The notes under the pieces: model-generated | The model's database searches: none | What the model was told of the DNA's origin: nothing | Seen by the model: the letters and a program-made list of their open reading frames with translations, nothing else | Part shown: positions 10,136 through 19,347 of the stretch, piece after piece | How positions within the stretch are numbered: the stretch's first letter is position 1 | Layout: every line of letters starts with the position of its first letter | Assembly (NCBI GenBank): GCA_015233195.1 | Contig: JADFYE010000012.1 | Coordinates: forward strand, 989 to 64,988 | Origin: Candidatus Omnitrophota bacterium | GTDB lineage: Bacteria; Omnitrophota; Gorgyraeia; Zapsychrales; Zapsychraceae | Direction of reading: 5' to 3' | Length of the DNA: 64,000 nucleotides | Program-made: the position numbers and the translations under genes

Positions 10136-11416
10136 ATGAAAAAAATAGTATTATTTATTATCTTTGGTCTGACTTTATTAACTGTCAAGCTAATCTTTGC
10201 TTCTCCAGGTGTAACTGTTGGAGAAATAAACGAAAAAACTTTGACTTTGGTTGACTGCTATAAATTGGCATTAAAACAGAGTGAGTTAATTGCTGTTGAT
10301 CTCGAGAAAATTAAACAAGCAGAATCACATTTTACTCAAGCCTTGGGTACAGCATTACCGCAAATATCATTTTCTCGTTCAGATACCCGCAATTACTCGG
10401 AAATTTCCAAATCTTCCAATATTTCTTTTGAACAAAAATTTATTTTTAAACAAACGCTTTTTTCCGGGTTTAAGGAATTTGCGGGTATGGCTGGCAGCCG
10501 TTTAGAAAAACAGCAACGAGAAAATGAAACACGTTGGGCAGAACAACTATTATTTTTAGATGTTTCAGACGCTTTTTATTTATTATTAGAATTAAGAGAA
10601 GATTTGAAAGCTCTAGAAACTATTAAAACTTCTATTGAAGACCGCATAAAGGATCTCAAAACCCGCGAGGAATTAGGCAAATCACGAAAAAGCGAAACAG
10701 TAACAAATGAAGTTCAACTTTACAATATTGAAGCTGCTGTCATGGATGATAAAAGACAAGAAGCAGTTGCAAAAGAACTTCTGGAATTTTTGATCGGTCA
10801 ACCTGTTGCAGAAATAACTGAATCAAACATTGATATGAGTTTAAGGGAAGAAACCGATTATATGAAATATGCTAATTCACGTCCGGATGTGAAAGCTGCA
10901 GAATTGCAATGGAAAACTGATAAGAAAAGATCAACAGTTGCTAAAAGCGGTTTGTTCCCGACTGTTACTGTTGAATCAGATTATTATAACCACCGGACTT
11001 CCAGCCCGACAGATAGCGATTGGAGCACAATATTAAATATCGATGTGCCGATATTTTCTGGTACTACTACTTTTGGTCAAATTACCGAAGCGAACCTGGT
11101 CGCTAAACAAAGTCAACTGCTTTCAAAACGGGCATTGCGTTCTGCAGTATCAGATATTCATAATATTTACACTAATGTTGTAATGCTAAAATCCCAAACT
11201 GAGTTGCTAAGTAAAGCGCTTAACTCAGCTGAAATTAATTACACTTTACAACTAAAAGATTATAAATCTAATTTAGTCAATAATCTGGACGTGCTGACTG
11301 CGTTACAAGATTGGGAAACCGCCAAACGCAACTATATAAATATTTCTTATGAAACTAAAAGATTTTATTGGCAGCTCTTGGTCGTTTCAAATAATTTGAA
11401 ATTAGAAATTAAATAA
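10136..11416 (+). CDS. TolC-like outer-membrane efflux protein (OEP family)
   Basis: Signal peptide plus two OEP repeats with long coiled-coil segments. The stop is adjacent to the start of the next RND gene (TAATATG). Confidence 0.8.
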   Translation: MKKIVLFIIFGLTLLTVKLIFASPGVTVGEINEKTLTLVDCYKLALKQSELIAVDLEKIKQAESHFTQALGTALPQISFSRSDTRNYSEISKSSNISFEQKFIFKQTLFSGFKEFAGMAGSRLEKQQRENETRWAEQLLFLDVSDAFYLLLELREDLKALETIKTSIEDRIKDLKTREELGKSRKSETVTNEVQLYNIEAAVMDDKRQEAVAKELLEFLIGQPVAEITESNIDMSLREETDYMKYANSRPDVKAAELQWKTDKKRSTVAKSGLFPTVTVESDYYNHRTSSPTDSDWSTILNIDVPIFSGTTTFGQITEANLVAKQSQLLSKRALRSAVSDIHNIYTNVVMLKSQTELLSKALNSAEINYTLQLKDYKSNLVNNLDVLTALQDWETAKRNYINISYETKRFYWQLLVVSNNLKLEIK

Positions 11417-11417
11417 T

Positions 11418-14400
11418 ATGACTTTTTCAGATATTTCCATAAAAAATCCGGTTTTTGCCTGGATGTTAATGATCGGTATTATTGTATTCGGCTGGATCAG
11501 TTTTGTTCGGCTGGGTATAAGTCAAATGCCTGACGTTGACTTTCCAGTTGTTTCCGTATCAGTAACTTGGGAAAATGCTTCTCCTGAAGTAATGGAAACT
11601 GATGTTACTGACATTTTGGAAGACGCGGTTATGAGCGTGGAAGGCATTCAGTCAGTTTCGTCAGTTTCACGTAAAGGACAAAGCCAATTAACGATTGAGT
11701 TTAATTTAAAGCGAGATATTGATGCTGCATTACAAGAAGTGCAAACCAAAATTGCTCAAGCTCAACGTAATTTACCGACTGACATAGACCCTCCAGTAGT
11801 AACTAAAACCAATCCAGAAGACCAGCCAATAATATGGATAACTTTATCCGGCGATAAATCAATAAAAGAACTCACACATTATGTTTCTGAAACTTTAAAA
11901 GATCAATTCACCTCTGTTGCTGGGGTGGGTAGTGTAAATTTAGGCGGGTTTGTTGACCCAAACCTTAGAGTTTGGCTGGATGCAAAAAAAATGCAGGAAC
12001 GCGAAGTTACAGTAGAAGATGTTACTAGCTCAATTGCAGTTCAACATGTAGACCAGCCTGCAGGATACATGGATAGCGGTAATAAAGAAATTAATGTCCG
12101 GGTCTATGGAGAGGCAACATCTCCTGAAGAATTTCAGAACATTATTATACCTCAACGCGTAAGAGGAGGACCAGTTTGGAATACATTAAAATTAAACGAT
12201 ATTGGACGAGTTGAAGACGGATTAGCTGATGTAAGAAGAATTGCCCGTACTTGGGGTAAACCCTGTATCGGGATGGGTATAATAAAGCAGCGCGGAACCA
12301 ATTCAGTTGCCGTAGCTGATGCAGTAAAAAAACGCATGAAAGACCTCGAACCGCAATTACCTAAAGGAACTCAACTTAATCTGGTTTTTGATTCGAGTAA
12401 ATTTATTAAAGATTCAGTTGATGAATTAAAATTTAATTTAATGTTGTCAGTTATTCTGACTTCAATAGTTTGTTTTCTATTTTTAGGTTCTTGGACTGCT
12501 ACTTTAAATGTATTGTTGGCAATTCCTACTTCGTTAATGGGCGCGTTTATGGTCATATATTTTATGGGTTTTACTATAAACACTTTTACCATGTTAGGTT
12601 TATCTTTGGTTATAGGTATTATAGTAGATGATGCGATTATGGTTTTGGAAAATATTTCCCGTCATCAAGAAAAAGGATTTAACCGGCGTCAAGCAGCTCT
12701 TATAGGCGCACGGCAGATCACGTTTGCCGCATTAGCCGCATCACTGGCAATTTTAGCAATTTTTGTGCCGGTTATTTTTATGGAAGGAATCGTCGGTAAA
12801 TTCTTTTATCAGTTCGGAGTTACAATTTCAGTAGCAGTTATATTCTCGCTGTTAGAAGCTTTGACCATAGCGCCTATGCGTTGTTCACAATTTTTAGATG
12901 TTGGGCATACTACTGCACTCGGACGAGTAGTTGATGCTTTTATGAAGAAATTAAATCAAAGTTATCATTATGCTTTAAGTAAATTATTACGCTTCCCTGT
13001 ATTAGTATTAGTCCTGGCTAGCGCTTTGTTTATAAGCTCATTATTTTTAAGCAAATTATTAAAAAAAGAGTTTGTACCTTCACAGGATCAAGGCAGATTT
13101 ATTGTACGTCTAACCACGCCATTAGGTTCGTCTTTACATGCTACAGACGAAGTGTATAAAAAAGTGGAAGCATTATTGATGCAGCGTCCTGAAGTGCAAA
13201 ATTTATTCGCATCGATAGGTTCAGGCAGTCAGGCTAATTCAGGAATGCTTTTTGTTACTTTAAAAGATAAAAAAGACCGTCCAATGTTTAAAGGGCATCA
13301 CATAACCCAGCAGGAATTAGCACAGAATATCCGTCCTATACTAAACAAAGTCCCGGGTGTAGAACGCGCAGTAATCCAGGATACTACTCTCAGCGCTTTT
13401 ACTGCAAAACGTGGATTCCCAATCGAATTTACAGTACAAGGACCTAACTGGACTGATCTGGGAAAATATAGCAGCGCTATAATGGAGAGTATGAAAAAAT
13501 CTGGTCTTTATGTTGACGTAGACACTGATTATCTTTTAGGCATGCCTGAATTACAAATCAAACCTGATCGGGCTAAAGCAGCAGAGCATGGAGTAAGTAT
13601 TGATTCAATAGCGAACACGATTAACAGCATGATCGGCGGTGTTCGTTCTGGTAAATTTACCAGTAATGGTAAACGTTATGATGTAAGAGTTCAATTAACC
13701 GAAGATAGCCGATCCAAACCTGAAGATATACAAAATATTTTTATTCGTAATCAATATGGGGAATTAGTACGCTTGTCTGATGTTACTACGTCTGACATTA
13801 CCCCAACATTATTCGCAGTTAACCGCAATAACCGCGAACGTGCGATTAGTATTTTTGCTAATCCAGCGCCTGGGCATTCTCAGCAGGAAGGACTAGATAA
13901 AGTAAAAATCATATCAAAAGAAATTCTTCCTGAAGGGTACCATATAGCATTTTCTGGAGGAGCTAAAGCTTTCGCAGAATCTTTTCAGGGTTTGATATTT
14001 ACCTTGATTTTAGGCATATTTGTCGCCTACATGGTCTTAGCAACCCAATTTAACAGTTTCGTACATCCATTTACAGTTTTGTTAGCGTTGCCGTTTAGTA
14101 TTACCGGCGCTTATGGCGCGTTATTTTTAAGTAACAATTCAATTAATCTCTACAGTATGATCGGTCTGATTCTGCTGATGGGTATTGTAAAAAAGAATTC
14201 GATTTTGTTAGTAGATTTTACCAATGAGCAACGGAAACAAGGGCTTAATGTTAAAGACGCGCTTTTAACTGCTTGTCCGATTCGGCTTCGTCCGATTCTT
14301 ATGACCTCGATTGCTACTGTGGCAGCGGCTATACCATTATCTTTAGCGATTGGTCCAGGTTCTGAAGTAATGATACCTATGGCTGTATCAATCGTCGGCG

Positions 14401-14543
14401 GCGTTACTGTTTCTACATTTTTGACTTTATTTGTAGTTCCATGCGCGTATCTGCTACTATCGAAATTAGAAAGAAAAACTTATCAGCTGGATAATGATGA
14501 CGATATACCTAATACTGATAACAAATTGAAAGGACATCTATAA
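11418..14543 (+). CDS. RND efflux permease (AcrB family, 1041 aa)
   Basis: N-terminus MTFSDISIKNPVFAWMLM, the IVDDAIMVLENI motif, and a 12-TM/2-loop architecture. Confidence 0.95.
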   Translation: MTFSDISIKNPVFAWMLMIGIIVFGWISFVRLGISQMPDVDFPVVSVSVTWENASPEVMETDVTDILEDAVMSVEGIQSVSSVSRKGQSQLTIEFNLKRDIDAALQEVQTKIAQAQRNLPTDIDPPVVTKTNPEDQPIIWITLSGDKSIKELTHYVSETLKDQFTSVAGVGSVNLGGFVDPNLRVWLDAKKMQEREVTVEDVTSSIAVQHVDQPAGYMDSGNKEINVRVYGEATSPEEFQNIIIPQRVRGGPVWNTLKLNDIGRVEDGLADVRRIARTWGKPCIGMGIIKQRGTNSVAVADAVKKRMKDLEPQLPKGTQLNLVFDSSKFIKDSVDELKFNLMLSVILTSIVCFLFLGSWTATLNVLLAIPTSLMGAFMVIYFMGFTINTFTMLGLSLVIGIIVDDAIMVLENISRHQEKGFNRRQAALIGARQITFAALAASLAILAIFVPVIFMEGIVGKFFYQFGVTISVAVIFSLLEALTIAPMRCSQFLDVGHTTALGRVVDAFMKKLNQSYHYALSKLLRFPVLVLVLASALFISSLFLSKLLKKEFVPSQDQGRFIVRLTTPLGSSLHATDEVYKKVEALLMQRPEVQNLFASIGSGSQANSGMLFVTLKDKKDRPMFKGHHITQQELAQNIRPILNKVPGVERAVIQDTTLSAFTAKRGFPIEFTVQGPNWTDLGKYSSAIMESMKKSGLYVDVDTDYLLGMPELQIKPDRAKAAEHGVSIDSIANTINSMIGGVRSGKFTSNGKRYDVRVQLTEDSRSKPEDIQNIFIRNQYGELVRLSDVTTSDITPTLFAVNRNNRERAISIFANPAPGHSQQEGLDKVKIISKEILPEGYHIAFSGGAKAFAESFQGLIFTLILGIFVAYMVLATQFNSFVHPFTVLLALPFSITGAYGALFLSNNSINLYSMIGLILLMGIVKKNSILLVDFTNEQRKQGLNVKDALLTACPIRLRPILMTSIATVAAAIPLSLAIGPGSEVMIPMAVSIVGGVTVSTFLTLFVVPCAYLLLSKLERKTYQLDNDDDIPNTDNKLKGHL

Positions 14544-15191
14544 ATGAATTTTTCAGATCGATTAAAACGTTGTTTTAAACTACGGTTTGCGATTGTATAT
14601 CCATTTGCTATTTACGCGATATTTTTTACTCATCCAACCAATACTTCAATGTTACGAGGTATAGGAATAGTATGTTTGGGTTTATTGATCCGTCTCTGGT
14701 CTAATGGTTACGCGATTAAACTTGAAAAATTAACTACTTCCGGACCGTACGCTTATGTCCGCCACCCATTATATCTAGGTACATCTTTAGTACTTATTGG
14801 ATTTATAGTGATGTTAAAAATGTATATAGTCGGGATTATTTTTTGGGCGGTAGTAGTAGCTGTGTATTTTAAAACCATAAAACAAGAAGAAAAAATGTTA
14901 GAAGACAAATTTAAAGACGTATATTTAGACTATAAAAAATGTGTTCCTGCATTCATTCCAACTTTTAAACCTTATACAAAAGGCGAAAAATGGGCTTTTG
15001 CTATGGAGAGGTTTATTAGAAGTAAAGAATATAAGTCGACAATTTGGGTACTTGTACTTACTATATTCATATATTTAAAAAACGCGCTTTTTGTTCAAAA
15101 ACTTCAAATGAATACAGAATTATGGATCTATGCCACAATAGCATTTATTTTAATTGTGGCTGATATTACAGGGGAAATTATTAAAAAATAA
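14544..15191 (+). CDS. Membrane methyltransferase of the isoprenylcysteine carboxyl / phospholipid methyltransferase family
   Basis: Polytopic membrane protein with the family signature SGPYAYVRHPLYLG. Its start abuts the RND stop (TAAATG), which suggests translational coupling. Confidence 0.75.
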   Translation: MNFSDRLKRCFKLRFAIVYPFAIYAIFFTHPTNTSMLRGIGIVCLGLLIRLWSNGYAIKLEKLTTSGPYAYVRHPLYLGTSLVLIGFIVMLKMYIVGIIFWAVVVAVYFKTIKQEEKMLEDKFKDVYLDYKKCVPAFIPTFKPYTKGEKWAFAMERFIRSKEYKSTIWVLVLTIFIYLKNALFVQKLQMNTELWIYATIAFILIVADITGEIIKK

Positions 15192-15260
15192 TATTTATCT
15201 TTCACTTTTGCAATGCTTTAGGTAAAATAAGCACTTATAAAATCATTGATCCAAATATAA

Positions 15261-15737
15261 ATGAAACTACAACTTATAATTTTAAATATCGCACTAAGTG
15301 CGAGCATCTTTGGATGTTCATTTATTTCTGCTCCAAAAGCGGAATGGGAATTTAGTAAACTTGATTTTGATACAGTTTCAGAGCAATCAGTTTCAAATAT
15401 GTGCATGCTATATAAAAACTTTGAACCTGAAGTCTTTAGCAAAGCTATATCCCGTGATTTTAACCCGGATAAACAACTATTTTTGGATGCAGTCGCTCTT
15501 ATAGTAGAGAAAGAGAAAGTCGAACAAATCAAATTCGTTAAAGATTATGTTGCGGCAAAAGTAAACGTTATGTCAGTAACTATAAAATGGGAAAAAACCG
15601 TTACAATTAAGAATTCAGGCGCGGTATTTACTATTAAAGGTAAATCAGATTTAATCTTCAGAAGATATAACGGTGACTGGCTATTAAATTCAATTAATGG
15701 TGACAATTTATTTTTATCGACGGCAAATAAAATTTAA
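15261..15737 (+). CDS. Hypothetical lipoprotein (158 aa)
   Basis: Lipobox LSASIFG-C after a hydrophobic leader. The overlapping antisense ORF 15218..15532 has no comparable signal. Confidence 0.5.
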   Translation: MKLQLIILNIALSASIFGCSFISAPKAEWEFSKLDFDTVSEQSVSNMCMLYKNFEPEVFSKAISRDFNPDKQLFLDAVALIVEKEKVEQIKFVKDYVAAKVNVMSVTIKWEKTVTIKNSGAVFTIKGKSDLIFRRYNGDWLLNSINGDNLFLSTANKI

Positions 15738-15769
15738 TAATACACTAAAAAATTTTCTTTAAGAAGATA

Positions 15770-15797
15770 TTGACAACTGTAAGCTTTGAATTACCAT
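15770..15797 (+). promoter_or_regulatory. Candidate sigma70-type promoter for the 119-aa gene / micro-ORF / riboswitch / uppP unit
   Basis: TTGACA at 15770-15775, a 16-nt spacer, then TACCAT at 15792-15797. It lies about 40 nt upstream of a strong RBS (AAAGGAGGA). Confidence 0.4.
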
Positions 15798-15833
15798 ATG
15801 AGGAAGAAATTCTAAAAGAAAGGAGGAATAAAC

Positions 15834-16193
15834 ATGAAAAAATCATTATTAGTATTAGCTTTATTGGCTTTAGTTGCAGCTCCTGTGTTCGCACAAGAAG
15901 CAGCTAAAACCGAAGCAGCAGCACCTGTAGCAGCAGTAGCAGCAGCTCCAGTTGTTGAAGCTGTTGTAGTTGGTGATGTTGTATCAGTTGATGCCGCAAC
16001 TTCAACTATTGTTGTAAAAGTTGTAGTTGATGCAGCAGCAAACACAACTGCAGACAAAACCTTCACCATTCCAGCAGATGCAAAATTAACAAGCGGAGAA
16101 GCACAAATTACGCTTGCTGATGTAGCAGCTGGCGCTAAAGTTTCAGTTACTTTAGCAAATGATGTAGTTAAATCTGTAGCTGTAAACAAATAA
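15834..16193 (+). CDS. Small secreted Ala/Val-rich protein (119 aa), unknown function
   Basis: RBS AAAGGAGGA and a signal peptide (MKKSLLVLALLALVAAPVFA-QE). A low-complexity A/V/P segment is followed by a beta-rich C-terminal domain. Confidence 0.6.
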   Translation: MKKSLLVLALLALVAAPVFAQEAAKTEAAAPVAAVAAAPVVEAVVVGDVVSVDAATSTIVVKVVVDAAANTTADKTFTIPADAKLTSGEAQITLADVAAGAKVSVTLANDVVKSVAVNK

Positions 16194-16212
16194 TTCTCTT
16201 AAAGGAGAAATT

Positions 16213-16302
16213 ATGACAGTCAAAGCAAAAAAACCGGCTAAAAAAGCTAGTTCTTGCAAGACAAAAAAAGCAGCAACGAAGTCATGCTGTTGCTGTAAGT
16301 AG
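16213..16302 (+). CDS. Micro-ORF encoding a 29-aa Lys-rich, Cys-rich peptide (MTVKAKKPAKKASSCKTKKAATKSCCCCK)
   Basis: Translated by hand because it is below the ORF-track cutoff. RBS AAAGGAG lies 6 nt upstream of the ATG. The stop codon abuts the riboswitch. Confidence 0.4.
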   Translation: MTVKAKKPAKKASSCKTKKAATKSCCCCK

Positions 16303-16305
16303 TCC

Positions 16306-16466
16306 TATTAGGGCCCCGAAGGATAAAGTTTAAAGCCAAATTTCTGACCTTCCAGAAAGCGGGAGATACCAGCTGGAGGGGTGAATCTCAAAGAACTTGA
16401 GAAGGATAACTGCCATCCTAACCCATCAACTAATCTCGTAGGCTAGGCAGTATTTTTATTTTTTAA
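16306..16466 (+). promoter_or_regulatory. c-di-AMP riboswitch (ydaO-yuaA motif) with a 3' U-tract expression platform
   Basis: Blocks match remembered ydaO consensus/crystal sequences. They are CCCGAAGGATAAAG (16315-28), AGCGGGAGATACCA (16358-71; compare GCGGGGGACCCA), GGGGTGAATC (16378-87; compare GGGGUGAAUC), GAAGGATAAC (16401-10; compare GUAGGGAUAC) and CCCATCAACTAATCTCGTAGGC (16422-43; compare CCCGACAGCUAACCUCGUAAGC). The duplicated GAAGGATAA fits the pseudo-two-fold fold. Stem CTGCC/GGCAG (16410-14/16446-50) is followed by TATTTTTATTTTTT. Confidence 0.6.
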
Positions 16467-16475
16467 GGGGGAGAT

Positions 16476-17252
16476 GTGGATTATTTTAATGCTATCATTT
16501 TAGGTGTGGTTGAAGGTATAACTGAGTTTTTGCCTATATCTTCAACCGGGCATCTGATCTTAACTTCTAAGATCTTACATTTAACAGAAACTGAATTTTT
16601 AAAAAGTTTCGAAATTGCTATTCAATTAGGAGCCATCCTTTCTGTTGTAGTACTTTATTGGCGCATGTTATTAGTCAATAAGAACATACTCAAACAACTA
16701 ACTGTAGCTTTTATTCCTACTGCAGTAATCGGTTTTGGATTATATAAGATTGTGAAAAAATTCTTTTTAGGTAACAGCGATATTGTTATCTGGGCGTTAT
16801 TTTTAGGCGGCATTTTTCTAGTAATATTTGAACTTGTGCATAAAGAAAATAACGCCAAAGATATCGAAAAATTAGAAGATATTAACTTAAAACAATCTTT
16901 TATAATCGGCATATTCCAATCTTTTGCCATAATACCTGGAGTTTCCAGGGCTGCTGCTACTATAATCGGCGGTCTAATATTAGGACTAAAGAGACAAACT
17001 ATAGTTGAATTTTCATTTTTACTGGCTGTACCAACAATGGGAGCAGCAGTAGCTTATGATTTAATAAAAAGTGCGCCAGCATTTTCTTCTGATCAATTTA
17101 TTTTTTTAATTATAGGATTTGTCGTGTCGTTCATTGTTGCCATAGGCGCAATAAAATTTTTGCTAGCATTCATTCAAAAAAATAATTTTGTGGCATTTGG
17201 ATTTTATCGAATTTTATTAGCTATTTTATTTATGTTCTTTATAAAACTGTAG
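16476..17252 (+). CDS. uppP: Undecaprenyl-diphosphatase (BacA/UppP)
   Basis: GTG start after RBS AAGGGGGAG. N-terminal signature ILGVVEGITEFLPISSTGHL and a polytopic protein of 258 aa. Confidence 0.95.
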   Translation: MDYFNAIILGVVEGITEFLPISSTGHLILTSKILHLTETEFLKSFEIAIQLGAILSVVVLYWRMLLVNKNILKQLTVAFIPTAVIGFGLYKIVKKFFLGNSDIVIWALFLGGIFLVIFELVHKENNAKDIEKLEDINLKQSFIIGIFQSFAIIPGVSRAAATIIGGLILGLKRQTIVEFSFLLAVPTMGAAVAYDLIKSAPAFSSDQFIFLIIGFVVSFIVAIGAIKFLLAFIQKNNFVAFGFYRILLAILFMFFIKL

Positions 17253-17318
17253 CAACGATCTTTTTTGTTCTGCTTGCGTTTTAAAGGGTTTCCCAATATA
17301 ATTATATTGTTTTTCCAA

Positions 17319-17348
17319 GGCCCATATAGCCAATGGGTCTATTTTTTT
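17319..17348 (+). terminator. Candidate intrinsic terminator after uppP
   Basis: Hairpin GGCCCAT-atagcca-ATGGGTC (7 bp including one G-U) followed by TATTTTTTT. Confidence 0.5.
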
Positions 17349-17370
17349 AATATACAATTACTAAAAATAT

Positions 17371-19338
17371 ATGTTAAGTTTATTTAGAAGAATAAAACAA
17401 ATTGTTATTGGAAGGTCAAAAGACCCTCAAGACTCAAAAATATTCCATTCTTTATCATTAATGGCATTTTTTGCTTGGGTTGGACTTGGAGCAGACGGAC
17501 TGTCTTCATCATGTTATGGTCCTCAAGAAGCATTTTTTGCGCTTGGACAACATACCCATCTTGCTATATTTGTCGCACTTGCCACTGTATTGACTATTTG
17601 CATTATCAGCGCGAGTTATTGCCAAATCGTTGAACTATTTCCTGCTGGAGGCGGAGGATATCTAGTAGCCAGCAAATTACTTTCGCCAAACTGGGGAATG
17701 ATATCCGGATGCGCGTTGTTGATCGACTATGTTTTGACTATAACTGTTTCAATTGCCAGCGGGGCAGACGCAGTTTTCAGTTTATTACCTCCAGATTTTC
17801 TTCCTTATAAACTTTGGTTCGCGATACTATGTATTTTCTGTTTAACTATCCTTAATATGAGGGGCGTTAAAGAATCAGTTATGTCATTAGTACCAGTATT
17901 CTTACTTTTCGTATTTACGCACGTGTTCATAATAATTTATTTCTTCATTCATCATGCTCCTGAAATGCCGGCTTTAATCCAGGCAACCCATACTGATGTT
18001 TCTGCTTCTGTTTCTCAATTAGGTTGGCTGGGTGTTATATTTTTAGTTTTACGCGCGTACAGCATGGGGGCAGGTACATTTACTGGTCTAGAAGCTGTCA
18101 GTAACGCAGTTGGAGTATTACGCGAACCCCGTGTTAAAACCGCAAAAAAAACCATGCTTTATATGGCGGTATCTTTGTCAGTGATAGTTCTAGGACTTAT
18201 GATTGCCTATATTATTTATGACTTAAAATTTGCAGACGGTAAAACCTTAAATGCAGTCTTATTTGAGACCATAACTGTAGGCTGGGGCAAGGGTGGTTAC
18301 ATTTTTGTTTTTGTAGCTTTAATATCTGAAGCATTATTGCTATTTATAGCAGCACAAACTGGATTTTTAGGCGGACCACGAGTACTGGCTAATATGGCAG
18401 TTGACCGCTGGTTCCCAAATAGATTTTCGATGTTAAGCGACCGCTTAGTAATTCAAAACGGCGTACTTATCATGAGTATCTTTGCCTTAGCGCTGCTTAT
18501 ATTCACACATGGTTCAGTAGCCTTACTAGTAGTTTTTTATTCGATAAACGTATTTATAACATTCGTGCTTTCCCAATTAGGTATGGTGCGTCATTGGTGG
18601 AACAATCGAGAAAAAGTAAAAAATTGGTTTAAAAAAATGATGGTAAACGGCATAGGTTTAGTATTAACTGCGTTTATCCTTGTATCGATGGTAGTATTAA
18701 AATTTAACGACGGCGGCTGGGCAACATTATTGGTGACTGGAACTTTGATAGCTTTTGCCATATACATAAAAAAACATTATTTAAAAACTGCTAAATTATT
18801 GCGAAGATTAAATAATTTGGTAGTGGCTACTGAAAACGCTCCTGTAGAAAAAGATCCTCACACTGTCATACCCTGCGATAATTCAGCAAAAACCGCAGTT
18901 ATTCTGGTCAGTGGATTTAATGGCATGGGACTTCACACCTTATTCGGAATTTTTAGGTTTTTTGGTCACACTTTTAAAAATTATATTTTTGTTCAAGTTG
19001 GAATTATAGATGTGGAAAATTTTAATTCAACTGAAGAAGTTAAGTCAGTAGAAGAAAAAGTAAAACATGATACTGACCGTTATGTATCTTATATTCAAAA
19101 ACAAGGATTTTATTCTGAAGGCATCTGGTCAGTTAGCGTTGATGCTGTAGAAGGAGTCGCGGAATTAGCACCAAAAGTACTTCAGAAATTCCCTAATTCA
19201 GTATTTTTTGGAGGACAATTAATATTTCCAGAAGAAACTTTAATGTCAAGATTTTTACACAACTACACTTCTTTTTCGTTACAGAAAAAATTATACTGGC
19301 AGGGAGTGCCATTTGTTATTTTACCGATCCGGGTGTAA
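17371..19338 (+). CDS. APC-superfamily permease with C-terminal cytoplasmic domain, KimA (YdaO)-like putative K+ transporter
   Basis: Motifs parallel to B. subtilis KimA as I remember it: GADGLSSSCYGPQE, FPAGGGGYLVASK, LLIDYVLTITVSIASGADA and TGLEAVSNAV. It has 12 predicted TM helices plus a soluble tail of about 170 aa. Confidence 0.7.
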   Translation: MLSLFRRIKQIVIGRSKDPQDSKIFHSLSLMAFFAWVGLGADGLSSSCYGPQEAFFALGQHTHLAIFVALATVLTICIISASYCQIVELFPAGGGGYLVASKLLSPNWGMISGCALLIDYVLTITVSIASGADAVFSLLPPDFLPYKLWFAILCIFCLTILNMRGVKESVMSLVPVFLLFVFTHVFIIIYFFIHHAPEMPALIQATHTDVSASVSQLGWLGVIFLVLRAYSMGAGTFTGLEAVSNAVGVLREPRVKTAKKTMLYMAVSLSVIVLGLMIAYIIYDLKFADGKTLNAVLFETITVGWGKGGYIFVFVALISEALLLFIAAQTGFLGGPRVLANMAVDRWFPNRFSMLSDRLVIQNGVLIMSIFALALLIFTHGSVALLVVFYSINVFITFVLSQLGMVRHWWNNREKVKNWFKKMMVNGIGLVLTAFILVSMVVLKFNDGGWATLLVTGTLIAFAIYIKKHYLKTAKLLRRLNNLVVATENAPVEKDPHTVIPCDNSAKTAVILVSGFNGMGLHTLFGIFRFFGHTFKNYIFVQVGIIDVENFNSTEEVKSVEEKVKHDTDRYVSYIQKQGFYSEGIWSVSVDAVEGVAELAPKVLQKFPNSVFFGGQLIFPEETLMSRFLHNYTSFSLQKKLYWQGVPFVILPIRV

Positions 19339-19347
19339 GGAGGAAGC

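Noticed and set aside
15812-16189. 125-aa minus-strand ORF almost exactly coextensive with the 119-aa + strand gene
   Set aside because: It is a shadow of the GCN/GTN-rich Ala/Val codons of the + strand gene. The + strand ORF has a strong RBS and a signal peptide. The antisense ORF has neither and translates to low-complexity A/T/S sequence.
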